IMG/VR virus record: IMGVR_UViG_3300050120_000230
Location: 62,001-126,000 of that record
Length of the DNA: 64,000 nt
Strand: one strand, 5' to 3'
Part shown: positions 47,925 to 56,600 of the stretch, piece after piece
Layout: every line of letters begins with the position of its first letter
Position numbering within the stretch: position 1 is the stretch's first letter
The notes under the pieces: generated by a model
The model's database searches: none
Seen by the model: the letters and a program-made list of their open reading frames with translations, nothing else
What the model was told of the DNA's origin: nothing
Made by a program: the position numbers and the translations under genes

Positions 47925-49754
47925 TTAGTTCGTGAAGCTGAGAGCAGTGATCGACTGACCGGCATTCAAACGAATGCGGACGAGGATTTGATTGCCCGTT
48001 GCGGAGGTTGAAGAAGCGGTGCCGAAAGTCATCTGGAAGGTGCCCGAAGAACCGTTCATCACGGCGCCAGAAGCGCAACCAGCGGTCAATTCGCCAGCAC
48101 CACCGGGAACGCCAGCGCCCGCGTAGGCGACAAAGGCGTTCCACCATGCACCACCAACTGCGTTCGGCGAGACGCCGGAGTTGTCGGAGACGCCCGGCAG
48201 GCCGATCCACACACCGGCGTAGGTGCCGGTGACGGTGATCTTGAACTGCGAGAGCGCGGTGCGGTTGAAGGAGAACGTCACATACTGTGCAGCGTCTTGA
48301 CCCGAGAGGTTCGGACCAGCGGGCAGAAAGCCCGTGCTGTAGTTGGTCGTGTCGTTCTTGAGGGCGCCGCCGACGACCGTTGCATCCCAAGTGTGGATGG
48401 AAGCCGATTGGACCCAAGTGTTGGCTGCGAGGACCGGAGTGTTGCCCGTAGCTTGGCCGACGCGAACCGCGTTGCTGTTGCTCGGAGAAGAACCCAGACC
48501 AGTGACCGGGACGCTGAGTTCGTCAACGCGAGTGGTCGTGCCGTTCTTGACCAGAATGACGGAGGACGGAGAGGCAGTGCCACCCTGACCGTTGACGTTC
48601 GTGCCAGCCAGCGAAATCGTGCCCGAGTTGTGCACGTTCGAGGGGTTGACGCTGAGAGTCACCGTGGACATCGCCGTGGCCGTCGTGGTGTTTGCCGCGA
48701 TGGGGGTGGAGATACCGACGTTGGCGTAGGTGAAGGTCTGCGTCGAAAGGATCGAGTTGGTTGCACCAATCGACAACGGCGAACCGTTGAAGTAGGTTTG
48801 ACCAGCGAGGTTCGAAATCGAACCACCGACCGTCAGGGTAGCGCCCGTGTTGTAGTGCGGGACGCTCGACGAGAAGGCGACGGTGCCGTTCGAGAGTTGG
48901 GCCACAGTCGGCGACGTGATCGCCGGAGTTGCGACCAAGTTGTCACGAACGAACGTGACGAGGTTCGTAGAACCAGCGGCCGTATCGGTGATCTTGGCGT
49001 TGTTGACGCCGAGTTGCGTTGCCGCGCCAGAAACCGAGACGTTGACCGATTTCCAGAAGCCCGGAGTAGCGACCGGATAATCTGCTTGGCCGGAGATAAC
49101 GAGGCCGCCGTAGGTGCCGTTGTCTGCGATACCCGTCAGGGTGTGTGAACCAACCGAAGAGTTGTTGACCAGCAGCGAAAGCGTGCCGCTTTCACCCGGA
49201 CCCATGTTCGTGAACGAGTTCGAGCTTGCGAGTGTCGTTGATGTGATACGCGTGACGGCCGTACCGGCAGTGGTGCCGGTGCTGGCGTTGTCTTGCGCGC
49301 CGGAAGCCAAAACAGGCGAAGAACCAACCGAAGCGACGGTCAGTGCGTTTGCGTTCGGGAAGTTCGGCGGGGCGTTCGGGACGAGCTTGCCGAGGATTTC
49401 GTTGAGTTGGTCAACTGCTTCGGAAACCACGGTGCTGTTGGTCAGCGGGACCGCACCGGGGGACCAAGAACCGTCGCCGTAAGCAACGATGTCGCCAAGA
49501 ATAAGGTGGAAACCATCTGCAACGCCTGCGTTTGAGATGGAGTTGCTCAGGCTCGAATCGAGCGCGTTAAGCTGCGAAAGGGTAACAACGTCGGTATTCG
49601 CGACGGCGGCTGCCGCGCGAATAGTGGTCAACGAGATACCATCGGCACTCCGCGCCTCGACAACCGATCCATTCACCTTAAGACGAGGACCAGCCTTGCC
49701 AAGTTGAAGATCGGGGCCAACGCCCGAAAGTCCGAAGTTTTTTGTGTCTGCCAT
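47925..49754 (-). CDS. virion structural protein (mosaic paralog of 33473 and 25580 ORFs)
   Basis: MA..KNFG..GVG...Q.GK.G N-terminus; body ends ILVRIRLNAGQSITALSFTN; TAAATA at 49787-49792. Confidence 0.75.
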   Translation of the reverse strand: MADTKNFGLSGVGPDLQLGKAGPRLKVNGSVVEARSADGISLTTIRAAAAVANTDVVTLSQLNALDSSLSNSISNAGVADGFHLILGDIVAYGDGSWSPGAVPLTNSTVVSEAVDQLNEILGKLVPNAPPNFPNANALTVASVGSSPVLASGAQDNASTGTTAGTAVTRITSTTLASSNSFTNMGPGESGTLSLLVNNSSVGSHTLTGIADNGTYGGLVISGQADYPVATPGFWKSVNVSVSGAATQLGVNNAKITDTAAGSTNLVTFVRDNLVATPAITSPTVAQLSNGTVAFSSSVPHYNTGATLTVGGSISNLAGQTYFNGSPLSIGATNSILSTQTFTYANVGISTPIAANTTTATAMSTVTLSVNPSNVHNSGTISLAGTNVNGQGGTASPSSVILVKNGTTTRVDELSVPVTGLGSSPSNSNAVRVGQATGNTPVLAANTWVQSASIHTWDATVVGGALKNDTTNYSTGFLPAGPNLSGQDAAQYVTFSFNRTALSQFKITVTGTYAGVWIGLPGVSDNSGVSPNAVGGAWWNAFVAYAGAGVPGGAGELTAGCASGAVMNGSSGTFQMTFGTASSTSATGNQILVRIRLNAGQSITALSFTN

Positions 49755-49875
49755 TGTGTCTATCTCCGAAAGGGGACTCCTTTCGTTATTTAGATAGAAC
49801 AGCGTAAGGATTCACATCCCCGATTACTTCGAGAACGGACTCAGGCCAATGGTCTACTTTTATTTATACAGGAGG

Positions 49876-49908
49876 AAAAAGAGTGGAGGGGAGCCGAAGC
49901 TCCCCCTT
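49876..49908 (-). terminator. terminator after tmRNA
   Basis: GGGGAGC-TTCG-GCTCCCC hairpin followed by CTCTTTTT on the minus strand. Confidence 0.7.
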
Positions 49909-50172
49909 GGGTAATAAGGACACCATCTCTGCCCTCAAAGGAGTTACGCGGCGAGCGCGTAGTCCATGCTAACGTTGTCGTTGGCATTTAGAAATGTGAA
50001 CTGATTGGCGGTCGTTTCTTACCGGGATTCTCGCAAACCTTTTACCGTCGCCAATCGAAAGCTGTTCGCCCCCGCACTTCCCGGTGACAACGCCGGAGAA
50101 AGATTGGTGGAGGCGCGGGGATTCGCACCCCGGTCTTGCCGACTTATTCTGATGTGGTCATCAAATCCAAGG
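49900..50172 (-). ncRNA. ssrA: circularly permuted (two-piece) tmRNA
   Basis: acceptor piece ends CGCCTCC-ACCA at 50105; coding piece starts GGGGGCG at 50073 (G3-U70 Ala identity); tag ANDNVSMDYALAA-stop at 49985-49944; outer ends approximate. Confidence 0.95.
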
Positions 50173-50188
50173 CTATTTAGCGATTTTT

Positions 50189-50428
50189 CTAGGGATAAGT
50201 CAAGCGATCTTCATCGCGGATGTGTGGATGTTTTTCCAACTCCACCAGAAGTTCGAAGATTTGTAGAACGACAAGCAGGCCATCCTTTGATCCGTCGTCG
50301 TATTGCCATTTCTTGTAGATGATCTCGCGCAGCGGATTGAGTATTTTCGCCGAAGCGTTAAGGCGGTGAAATTCGGCCTCGTCCTTGAACCCGTGACGTT
50401 GGACCATTTCTTCAATTCGATTTCTCAT
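50189..50428 (-). CDS. hypothetical protein
   Basis: start overlaps the serS stop. Confidence 0.55.
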   Translation of the reverse strand: MRNRIEEMVQRHGFKDEAEFHRLNASAKILNPLREIIYKKWQYDDGSKDGLLVVLQIFELLVELEKHPHIRDEDRLTYP

Positions 50429-51945
50429 AGTTTCTTCTTCTTAAAGATTTCGACCAGTCCATCGACGAAATCTTCCAAACGCCCTTCGTCAGAATACCCG
50501 CCGCACATGTTCGGCCCGTCAATCGCGTAGATCGCTTTCGCTTCCGGCGGATTCAGTTCGACCCGTTCCTCAATGCCAGCCGCTTCAAGCTTCGCGTTGA
50601 GGCGTTCGATGAATGCGTTCCGCTCGGCCGCCTCATCACCGCCAATGAGCCATCGGTCATCTCGATTCGCCGTTGGGCTGTTCATATAAGGACGAAGCGC
50701 CTCGGGGATGAGAATTGAGCCATCTTCCCGTTGGTAGGTTTCAAGGATAGCCACCAGCGCGCGCCCGACGGCCACGCCAGACCCGTTGAAGGTGTGGATG
50801 AACTTAGTGCCTTTGGTTTCCCCAGCCGGGCGATAGCGAGCGTTCATGCGGCGAGCTTGGAAATCGCCGCAGTAGGAAATGCTCGAAATCTCGCGGAAGG
50901 CATTCTGGCCGGGTAGCCACACTTCGATGTCGTAGGTTTTGGAGGCCGAGAACCCCATGTCCCCGACCGACAGAAGCATGACGCGATAGTGCAACCCCAG
51001 CGCCTTCAGCATGTGCTCGACACTGCCGAGCATTCGCTCGTGTTCCATTTCGTGAAGAGCCACTTCCTCGGACACGAGTGAGACGAGTTCGACCTTGTTG
51101 AACTGATGCTGCCGGATCATCCCTCGCGTGTCGCGCCCGGCCGAACCCGCTTCCGCACGGAAGCAGGGCGTCAGGGCACAATAGCGCCCGAGTTCACCCC
51201 AGTGTAGCACGCTGTCGCGCACCATGTTCGTCAGGGACACTTCCGCCGTTGGGATCAGATAGCGGCCGTCCGTTGTCTTGAAGAGGTCTTCTTCGAACTT
51301 GGGAAGCTGCCCGGTGCCGAACATCGACTCTTCGCGGACCAACAGCGGCGGCGCCACTTCGGTGTATCCGTTATTTTCCGTGTGGAAATCGAGCATGAAT
51401 TGCCCGAGCGCACGTTCTAGCCGGGCCATTTTCCCTTTCAGGAAAACGAAGCGCGCGCCAGACACCTTGGCTCCGGTCTCGAAATCCATGCCGAGGGGTT
51501 CACCGAGATCGAAGTGTTCTTTCGGTGTGAAAGAAAACGACGGTTTCACACCTTCACGGCGAATCTCAATGTTGTGATCCGCGTCGGGTCCGAGTGGCAC
51601 GCCCTTCATTGGCAAGTTCGGCAGGCGAGACAGATGGTGCATCACGACTCGATGGTCTTCTTCTACCTGCGGGGTGAGTTTTTCGATGTCGGCTTTGACG
51701 GTGACCATCTCGGCCTTCAACGCCTCCACGATCTCCATGGCGGCCTTGTCGCGCATCAACTGCCCGATCTCACCGGAGATCGCATTGCGACGCTGCTGAG
51801 CCTTCTCAAGAGCCTGTAGACCGTTCCTGTGCCGGGCATCCGCCATCAGCAACAGCTTGATGAGCGTTGGGCTTTCCAAGCGATAGTGCAGGCGGGAAAT
51901 AACCTCGCCTTGATTCTCGCGGATATAATTCAGGTCAAGCATCAA
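50425..51945 (-). CDS. serS: seryl-tRNA synthetase with C-terminal extension
   Basis: N-terminal coiled-coil arm, [49 protein letters not shown]. Confidence 0.95.
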   Translation of the reverse strand: MMLDLNYIRENQGEVISRLHYRLESPTLIKLLLMADARHRNGLQALEKAQQRRNAISGEIGQLMRDKAAMEIVEALKAEMVTVKADIEKLTPQVEEDHRVVMHHLSRLPNLPMKGVPLGPDADHNIEIRREGVKPSFSFTPKEHFDLGEPLGMDFETGAKVSGARFVFLKGKMARLERALGQFMLDFHTENNGYTEVAPPLLVREESMFGTGQLPKFEEDLFKTTDGRYLIPTAEVSLTNMVRDSVLHWGELGRYCALTPCFRAEAGSAGRDTRGMIRQHQFNKVELVSLVSEEVALHEMEHERMLGSVEHMLKALGLHYRVMLLSVGDMGFSASKTYDIEVWLPGQNAFREISSISYCGDFQARRMNARYRPAGETKGTKFIHTFNGSGVAVGRALVAILETYQREDGSILIPEALRPYMNSPTANRDDRWLIGGDEAAERNAFIERLNAKLEAAGIEERVELNPPEAKAIYAIDGPNMCGGYSDEGRLEDFVDGLVEIFKKKKL

Positions 51946-51993
51946 ATGTCCTCGTCGCCATATCCATAATCAATAACATGCTTCGAGCATCGA

Positions 51994-52947
51994 TCAAGCA
52001 TCCTCCCCGATCCATTCTTGGTCATGCTCGACGTTTGTATCATAAATCGAGAACTCTGAAATGGTCTTCGGCACAACGAAACCGTCTCGTTCCAAGTTCT
52101 GAACCAATCCTTCGCACTCTGTTTTGAAAGCCTCGTAAGTGCCAACGTAGTTGCGCTTCGTAGCCATCATCACGAACTCCGTGGCCGAGATGCGTTTGAA
52201 CGCATTCCGAGATAGGTGGAAGTCGTAGGCGGCCTCGCGAGAACGAAGGTCGGCCAGCGTTTTATCGGTGACCACAATATTGAAGTGGGCTTCGAAGTAG
52301 CAATCCTTCGGCATGATCGGGTTTTTGTGCACCGCAGACGGCGCCGCCGGATGCCAAGGAACGGTCTCCACTTTCTCTCGCACGACCGTAAAGCCACCCG
52401 CCTTAAGGCTCTTCGAAATGCGTCGCACTTCGGTGATGGCGCTCGTGTTGTCGCCCATGTGCAGGCTCGACGTTTGCGTATCGAGCATGATCGTCTTACC
52501 CATGGTATTGTGCATATCGATCAGCAGCGGTTTCACCCCGATCATGGCACAAGCTCGTTTGAAATCTTCGAGCCGCTCGGCCGAATCAGTAACAAGGCCG
52601 CCCGCCACGGTGACGTGGATTTCGTAGGGCAGCGGATAGACGGCCTTACTTTCTCGCGTTTGGAGTTCTTCCCAGTATGCCGCCTTGCGGAACATCATGG
52701 ACTTGATGTCCTCGTGTCCGTAGTCGAGGTCATAGGCGACCGAGAGCGCGCAGAGGATCACATCGGCGACTTCTTCAAGAATGCGCTCTTTGGCCACGAA
52801 CCGATGAGTGGTGGAATGCGCTCCCTCATAAGGAAGCACCACTTTGGCCAGTTCTCCGACTTCTTCGGCGGTTTTCAGCGCCTTTTGCCCGAGAGTTTTC
52901 CTGTCGAGCGACGACAGCTTGGCGATATAGTCGAGAAGTTCGTCCAT
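51994..52947 (-). CDS. MazG-like NTP pyrophosphohydrolase fused to an uncharacterised domain
   Basis: KTAEEVGELA...EEVADV; C-terminal YEIHVTV...REKVE...YFEAH...SRN domain. Confidence 0.75.
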   Translation of the reverse strand: MDELLDYIAKLSSLDRKTLGQKALKTAEEVGELAKVVLPYEGAHSTTHRFVAKERILEEVADVILCALSVAYDLDYGHEDIKSMMFRKAAYWEELQTRESKAVYPLPYEIHVTVAGGLVTDSAERLEDFKRACAMIGVKPLLIDMHNTMGKTIMLDTQTSSLHMGDNTSAITEVRRISKSLKAGGFTVVREKVETVPWHPAAPSAVHKNPIMPKDCYFEAHFNIVVTDKTLADLRSREAAYDFHLSRNAFKRISATEFVMMATKRNYVGTYEAFKTECEGLVQNLERDGFVVPKTISEFSIYDTNVEHDQEWIGEDA

Positions 52948-53342
52948 CACATCCATCTCAATTTGAAAAGTACCGCGTCGTTTTCGCGCTCGAACCCGAT
53001 GCTCCAAGCATCGAGATAATCTACGTCGTTCGCCGCACAATGTTTGGCTTCGAGCAGATCAAACCAGAAGATTATTTCACATGCTCCAATGTGAAACTGA
53101 TCTACCCATTCCATGAAAGACACGGTCGGCCGCAGGAGAAACGGCCCAGACCACGGAGACGGATCGTCATCCAGTTTGGGTCGATTATCGACAGGGTGAC
53201 GCTCGTAGTTTTTGAGGGCGAACTCCGGCCATTCATTCAGCATGACTCTATGGGGTAGGCGCCCAGCCCAGCGATCTACCGGTTTCCAGTTGGCTGCACC
53301 GAGACCGATAGGGTTTATGGCTGACCGCTTCATCCGATCCAT
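52947..53342 (-). CDS. FKxRW-family hypothetical protein
   Basis: ends IGFERENDAVLFKLRWM. Confidence 0.7.
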   Translation of the reverse strand: MDRMKRSAINPIGLGAANWKPVDRWAGRLPHRVMLNEWPEFALKNYERHPVDNRPKLDDDPSPWSGPFLLRPTVSFMEWVDQFHIGACEIIFWFDLLEAKHCAANDVDYLDAWSIGFERENDAVLFKLRWM

Positions 53343-53536
53343 CGCATCTTGAACAGTACGGCATCTTCATCGTTTTCAAAACGAACTGTATGCCGGGAAG
53401 GAGGATGATCGGCGAAATGAAACTCGTGAGGTGCTCGCAGGTTGCTACGACACCATTTCTCGATTTCCGGCTTCAATCTGCCGCCGATATTATCGATGCA
53501 GTCAAGATTTTCAAATGAGACAGTTTTCGATGACAT
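53330..53536 (-). CDS. FKxRW-family hypothetical protein
   Basis: ends VRFENDEDAVLFKMRWIG. Confidence 0.7.
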   Translation of the reverse strand: MSSKTVSFENLDCIDNIGGRLKPEIEKWCRSNLRAPHEFHFADHPPSRHTVRFENDEDAVLFKMRWIG

Positions 53537-53781
53537 CACGACCATCTCATTTTGAAAACGATGAAATCTGCATCACGCCCAAACGCACAATGGTAGCCAT
53601 TGAACACGGCGCCATACTGCGTCAAGTCAGCATTGATGGTGTTTTTTTGTTGTGCCCTGATATTTTTCAGAGACACGCCAAGTGTTGGGTCATACGAGAT
53701 CATATTCAAATGATCTATGAAGTTCTGCCAAAATTTCGGACTGTCATGGTAGCCATTGATTTCGAGGATCATCCGATCCAT
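53536..53781 (-). CDS. FKxRW-family hypothetical protein
   Basis: ends AFGRDADFIVFKMRWS. Confidence 0.7.
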   Translation of the reverse strand: MDRMILEINGYHDSPKFWQNFIDHLNMISYDPTLGVSLKNIRAQQKNTINADLTQYGAVFNGYHCAFGRDADFIVFKMRWS

Positions 53782-54137
53782 CTCATTTTGAACATGACAG
53801 CATCGCGCACATCAGAAAATGAAATCTGCCATCTCTTGACGCCCAATGGCGCGTCTCGATCACCCAGCCATCCGTATCGTTCCATCATGTTTTTGAAACG
53901 CATACACAACGCTTTGTATTCCGCCTCGCCGTTTTGCACCGAATATGGTGAGACTTCGATTCGCCGAAGACGATAGTTTCCGCGAAGAGACCCGGCCCAT
54001 TCTTTGAACATTGGACTGATTACGACGGACCATCTGCCCGCAACGGTTTCTGATTTTTGGAAATCCCAAAGTATCTTGCTGATCGAACGGTCAAGCACGA
54101 CGACTTTGTGCTCTAGGTCCACCGAAGTTTCACCCAC
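53769..54137 (-). CDS. FKxRW-family hypothetical protein
   Basis: ends ISFSDVRDAVMFKMRWIG. Confidence 0.7.
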   Translation of the reverse strand: MGETSVDLEHKVVVLDRSISKILWDFQKSETVAGRWSVVISPMFKEWAGSLRGNYRLRRIEVSPYSVQNGEAEYKALCMRFKNMMERYGWLGDRDAPLGVKRWQISFSDVRDAVMFKMRWIG

Positions 54138-54424
54138 AACAGATGTTCCTCTGTTTGCACGACCACGATGATCCCAGATTTCGGACTTTCGAACAGCAGT
54201 TCGTAGTCAATACCATTGAGTTTGGCCCACTCATCAAACTCGGGCGTCGCCATAGGTTCGAGACCGTAAGAAAGGTTCAATGACCCGTGTTTTTTGATAT
54301 ATTCTTCGGCATCATCCGGCATTTTCGGCGAGATAATTTTGATCCCGGCGACGGCTGGATTGGCGACGAAATGAAACTCTTTGGCCATGGTAAATTCGTT
54401 TACCAGTTCCGACAGCACACGCAA
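54113..54424 (-). CDS. FKxRW-family hypothetical protein (divergent)
   Basis: ends TEEHLLWVKLRWT. Confidence 0.65.
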   Translation of the reverse strand: MRVLSELVNEFTMAKEFHFVANPAVAGIKIISPKMPDDAEEYIKKHGSLNLSYGLEPMATPEFDEWAKLNGIDYELLFESPKSGIIVVVQTEEHLLWVKLRWT

Positions 54425-54427
54425 GCA

Positions 54428-55168
54428 TTATACGATGGGTGGAATTGGATCGCCTAAGCCGCTGTTGCTCCCATCTATGGGAGGCGGGGGCGTAACGCTC
54501 GTGGGTATGGGGTTCAAGATGGCGAGCAGAGCATCGCTACCGGCGGCGCCGATGACGCCTTTGAACGAAATGTCCGAAAACATCTGCACGAGATGCAACG
54601 CATCTGAGTAGTTGTTGAGAGTCAATGCGCTTGCTGAATTGAAATTGTCTTGAGCCGTAATCGATGCAGGCACGGTAGATGGAATGGCCAATATCTGGGA
54701 CACTCTGTCTGCCAGCGCATCCATTGCATCGCCGATTGTCAAAATCGGCAAGCTCGATGGGATCAGGTTCGGATCGCCCAGATTATCGAGAATGTCTCCG
54801 CAAGAGTCGATGGCCGCCACGAAACTTCGAGCCGCGAATTCGGCACCGAATGCAGCAGATATGGATGCAGTATCGTCTAGGTTGCTGATAGACGAGAACA
54901 CCGCCATTCGTTCAACCAACGTCGGAAGATTGGCGGCGATGTAGGTGGACAACGCAGGCATGTTTGTCGGATCGAAATCGTCGAGCATCGTTTTGTAGCC
55001 CAACAAGGTTGTGGACTCGGCCGGAAAGGCACTGGCAGCCGATTGAAGATGAGCTTGAACGTTCGACACTTCCGTAGACGAATTGGCAAGGCGCGGAGCA
55101 AGTGTGGAATCGACGTGCGTGCCAGCTTGAAGCAGAGCGAAGACGGCTGTGACAGCGTCCGTCATCAT
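54428..55168 (-). CDS. hypothetical acidic helical protein
   Basis: ATGA coupling to the upstream peptidase gene. Confidence 0.6.
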   Translation of the reverse strand: MMTDAVTAVFALLQAGTHVDSTLAPRLANSSTEVSNVQAHLQSAASAFPAESTTLLGYKTMLDDFDPTNMPALSTYIAANLPTLVERMAVFSSISNLDDTASISAAFGAEFAARSFVAAIDSCGDILDNLGDPNLIPSSLPILTIGDAMDALADRVSQILAIPSTVPASITAQDNFNSASALTLNNYSDALHLVQMFSDISFKGVIGAAGSDALLAILNPIPTSVTPPPPIDGSNSGLGDPIPPIV

Positions 55169-56022
55169 GCGCTCCTTGGAAGGTTCGCGTGGTATGGAGA
55201 ACTGCCGGTCATCGTGTAACCGATTCGCAGAGAAGAGTTGCCACCGGTCTTACGATTGGCGATGTGCATCCAACCGGGACTGCTATCTCCTTGGAACTCA
55301 AGCAAGAATTGCGTGAACGGGATGTTTGCACTGTTGAGGATTTTCTTCGCAATCTGACGAAGATCGTCCCGGCCGATTCGCGTGCCACCGTTGAAGAAAT
55401 GCAAATCGACGGCTGAGCCGATGTTGTGATCGGAACCGTTCGTGTTGTTGCGAAAACCACTACCGATTTTGAAGGACAATCCACCGCCGTTGGCAGCCAG
55501 CCAATCCTTCAGAGGATCAATAGAGTTCGTCGCAAGGAACTTGAGATTGCAGATCACATCAGCCCGCGCCATGTTTTTGGCAGTGGTGTTGGGAATCGCG
55601 TGGGACAGTGAGGATTGATAGGTCGCGGATGAGAAATCAGCCACGGTGTAGTAGCGCGAGATTTTCGTGGAGTCCGGCGAACTATTGCTGAACTCACCGC
55701 AAGTCACGTCCTTGGATTGGGCATTTGGAGCCGAAACGTTGTCTGAACCGGGGTCTTCCGCATTGGCGGTGGTTGCCCGTTCGATAGCGTCGGCGGTGCC
55801 TTCTCCATATTTCTGAGCCAGATAGGCATGACGTTCCGCAGGGGTCATGTCTTCGGTTTCCATGGAGTTACCCTCGGTCACCAACACGTCTGGCGCCACA
55901 CCGCCGGGGCCGGAGCCCGCGCCGCCGCCATCGACAAAGTGAGAGGACGCGCCGGTGATGACCGAACCCGTCTTCCCATCGACTTTCACGATGCTCCCAA
56001 CTCTGGCGACGGCGAACGACAT
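55165..56022 (-). CDS. M15-like Zn peptidase with short PAAR-like N-terminus
   Basis: SGFR...SDHNIGSAVD...WMH; N-terminus VARVGS...GSVITGASSHFVDG. Confidence 0.7.
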   Translation of the reverse strand: MSFAVARVGSIVKVDGKTGSVITGASSHFVDGGGAGSGPGGVAPDVLVTEGNSMETEDMTPAERHAYLAQKYGEGTADAIERATTANAEDPGSDNVSAPNAQSKDVTCGEFSNSSPDSTKISRYYTVADFSSATYQSSLSHAIPNTTAKNMARADVICNLKFLATNSIDPLKDWLAANGGGLSFKIGSGFRNNTNGSDHNIGSAVDLHFFNGGTRIGRDDLRQIAKKILNSANIPFTQFLLEFQGDSSPGWMHIANRKTGGNSSLRIGYTMTGSSPYHANLPRSA

Positions 56023-56024
56023 GC

Positions 56025-56363
56025 TTAGACCTTCAGCAGGCCGCCGGTCGGAATATCGAGACCGGTGGTCATCTTCACGTATTGCGAGCCCACGTCAGCG
56101 CGGGGCTTGAAGGGATCGGTGACCAAGCGGTCCCGCACGATGCGAAACTTTGTCGTGCCCTCGTCCCCAGACAGCATGAACGGCAGGAAGCCAAGGCGAG
56201 CTTCGCTCGGGCCGACCATCTGCATTTGAACGATGACGGGTTTTGACACCGTAATCGAGCCGTCGTCTTGAGCAACCAGCTTAGCGATGACTTCTTCACC
56301 CGTCGAAAGACGGAAGCCGATGGTGTCGTTGACGGCGACGCCGTCTTTCTTCTCAATGAGCAT
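56025..56363 (-). CDS. small beta-rich (Sm-like pattern) phage protein
   Basis: FRLSTGEEVIAK...KP...QY.KMTTGL; GGAG RBS. Confidence 0.65.
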   Translation of the reverse strand: MLIEKKDGVAVNDTIGFRLSTGEEVIAKLVAQDDGSITVSKPVIVQMQMVGPSEARLGFLPFMLSGDEGTTKFRIVRDRLVTDPFKPRADVGSQYVKMTTGLDIPTGGLLKV

Positions 56364-56600
56364 TACTTCAAAATCTCCAAAAGGTTACTCAATATAGTCG
56401 AGTAGAGCGGCAAATCCTAATTTCATCGGAAAAAGTGCCACCATAATATTTAGGCATTCGATAAGCCACTGACACCCGTAGGTAAATAGAAGATTGCGGC
56501 GTTTGGTTCCAGTCGCGGTCATAAACTACGGTTCTATTGACCGCCTAGAATCACCGTCCGGCTAAATACTGAAAAGCCGATTTCTCGGAGGTCTTACTAA

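Noticed and set aside
25580-49754. Invertible segment between the oppositely oriented paralogous fibre cassettes
   Set aside because: Similarity is clear in protein but diverged in DNA; no long identical inverted repeats or recombinase gene seen
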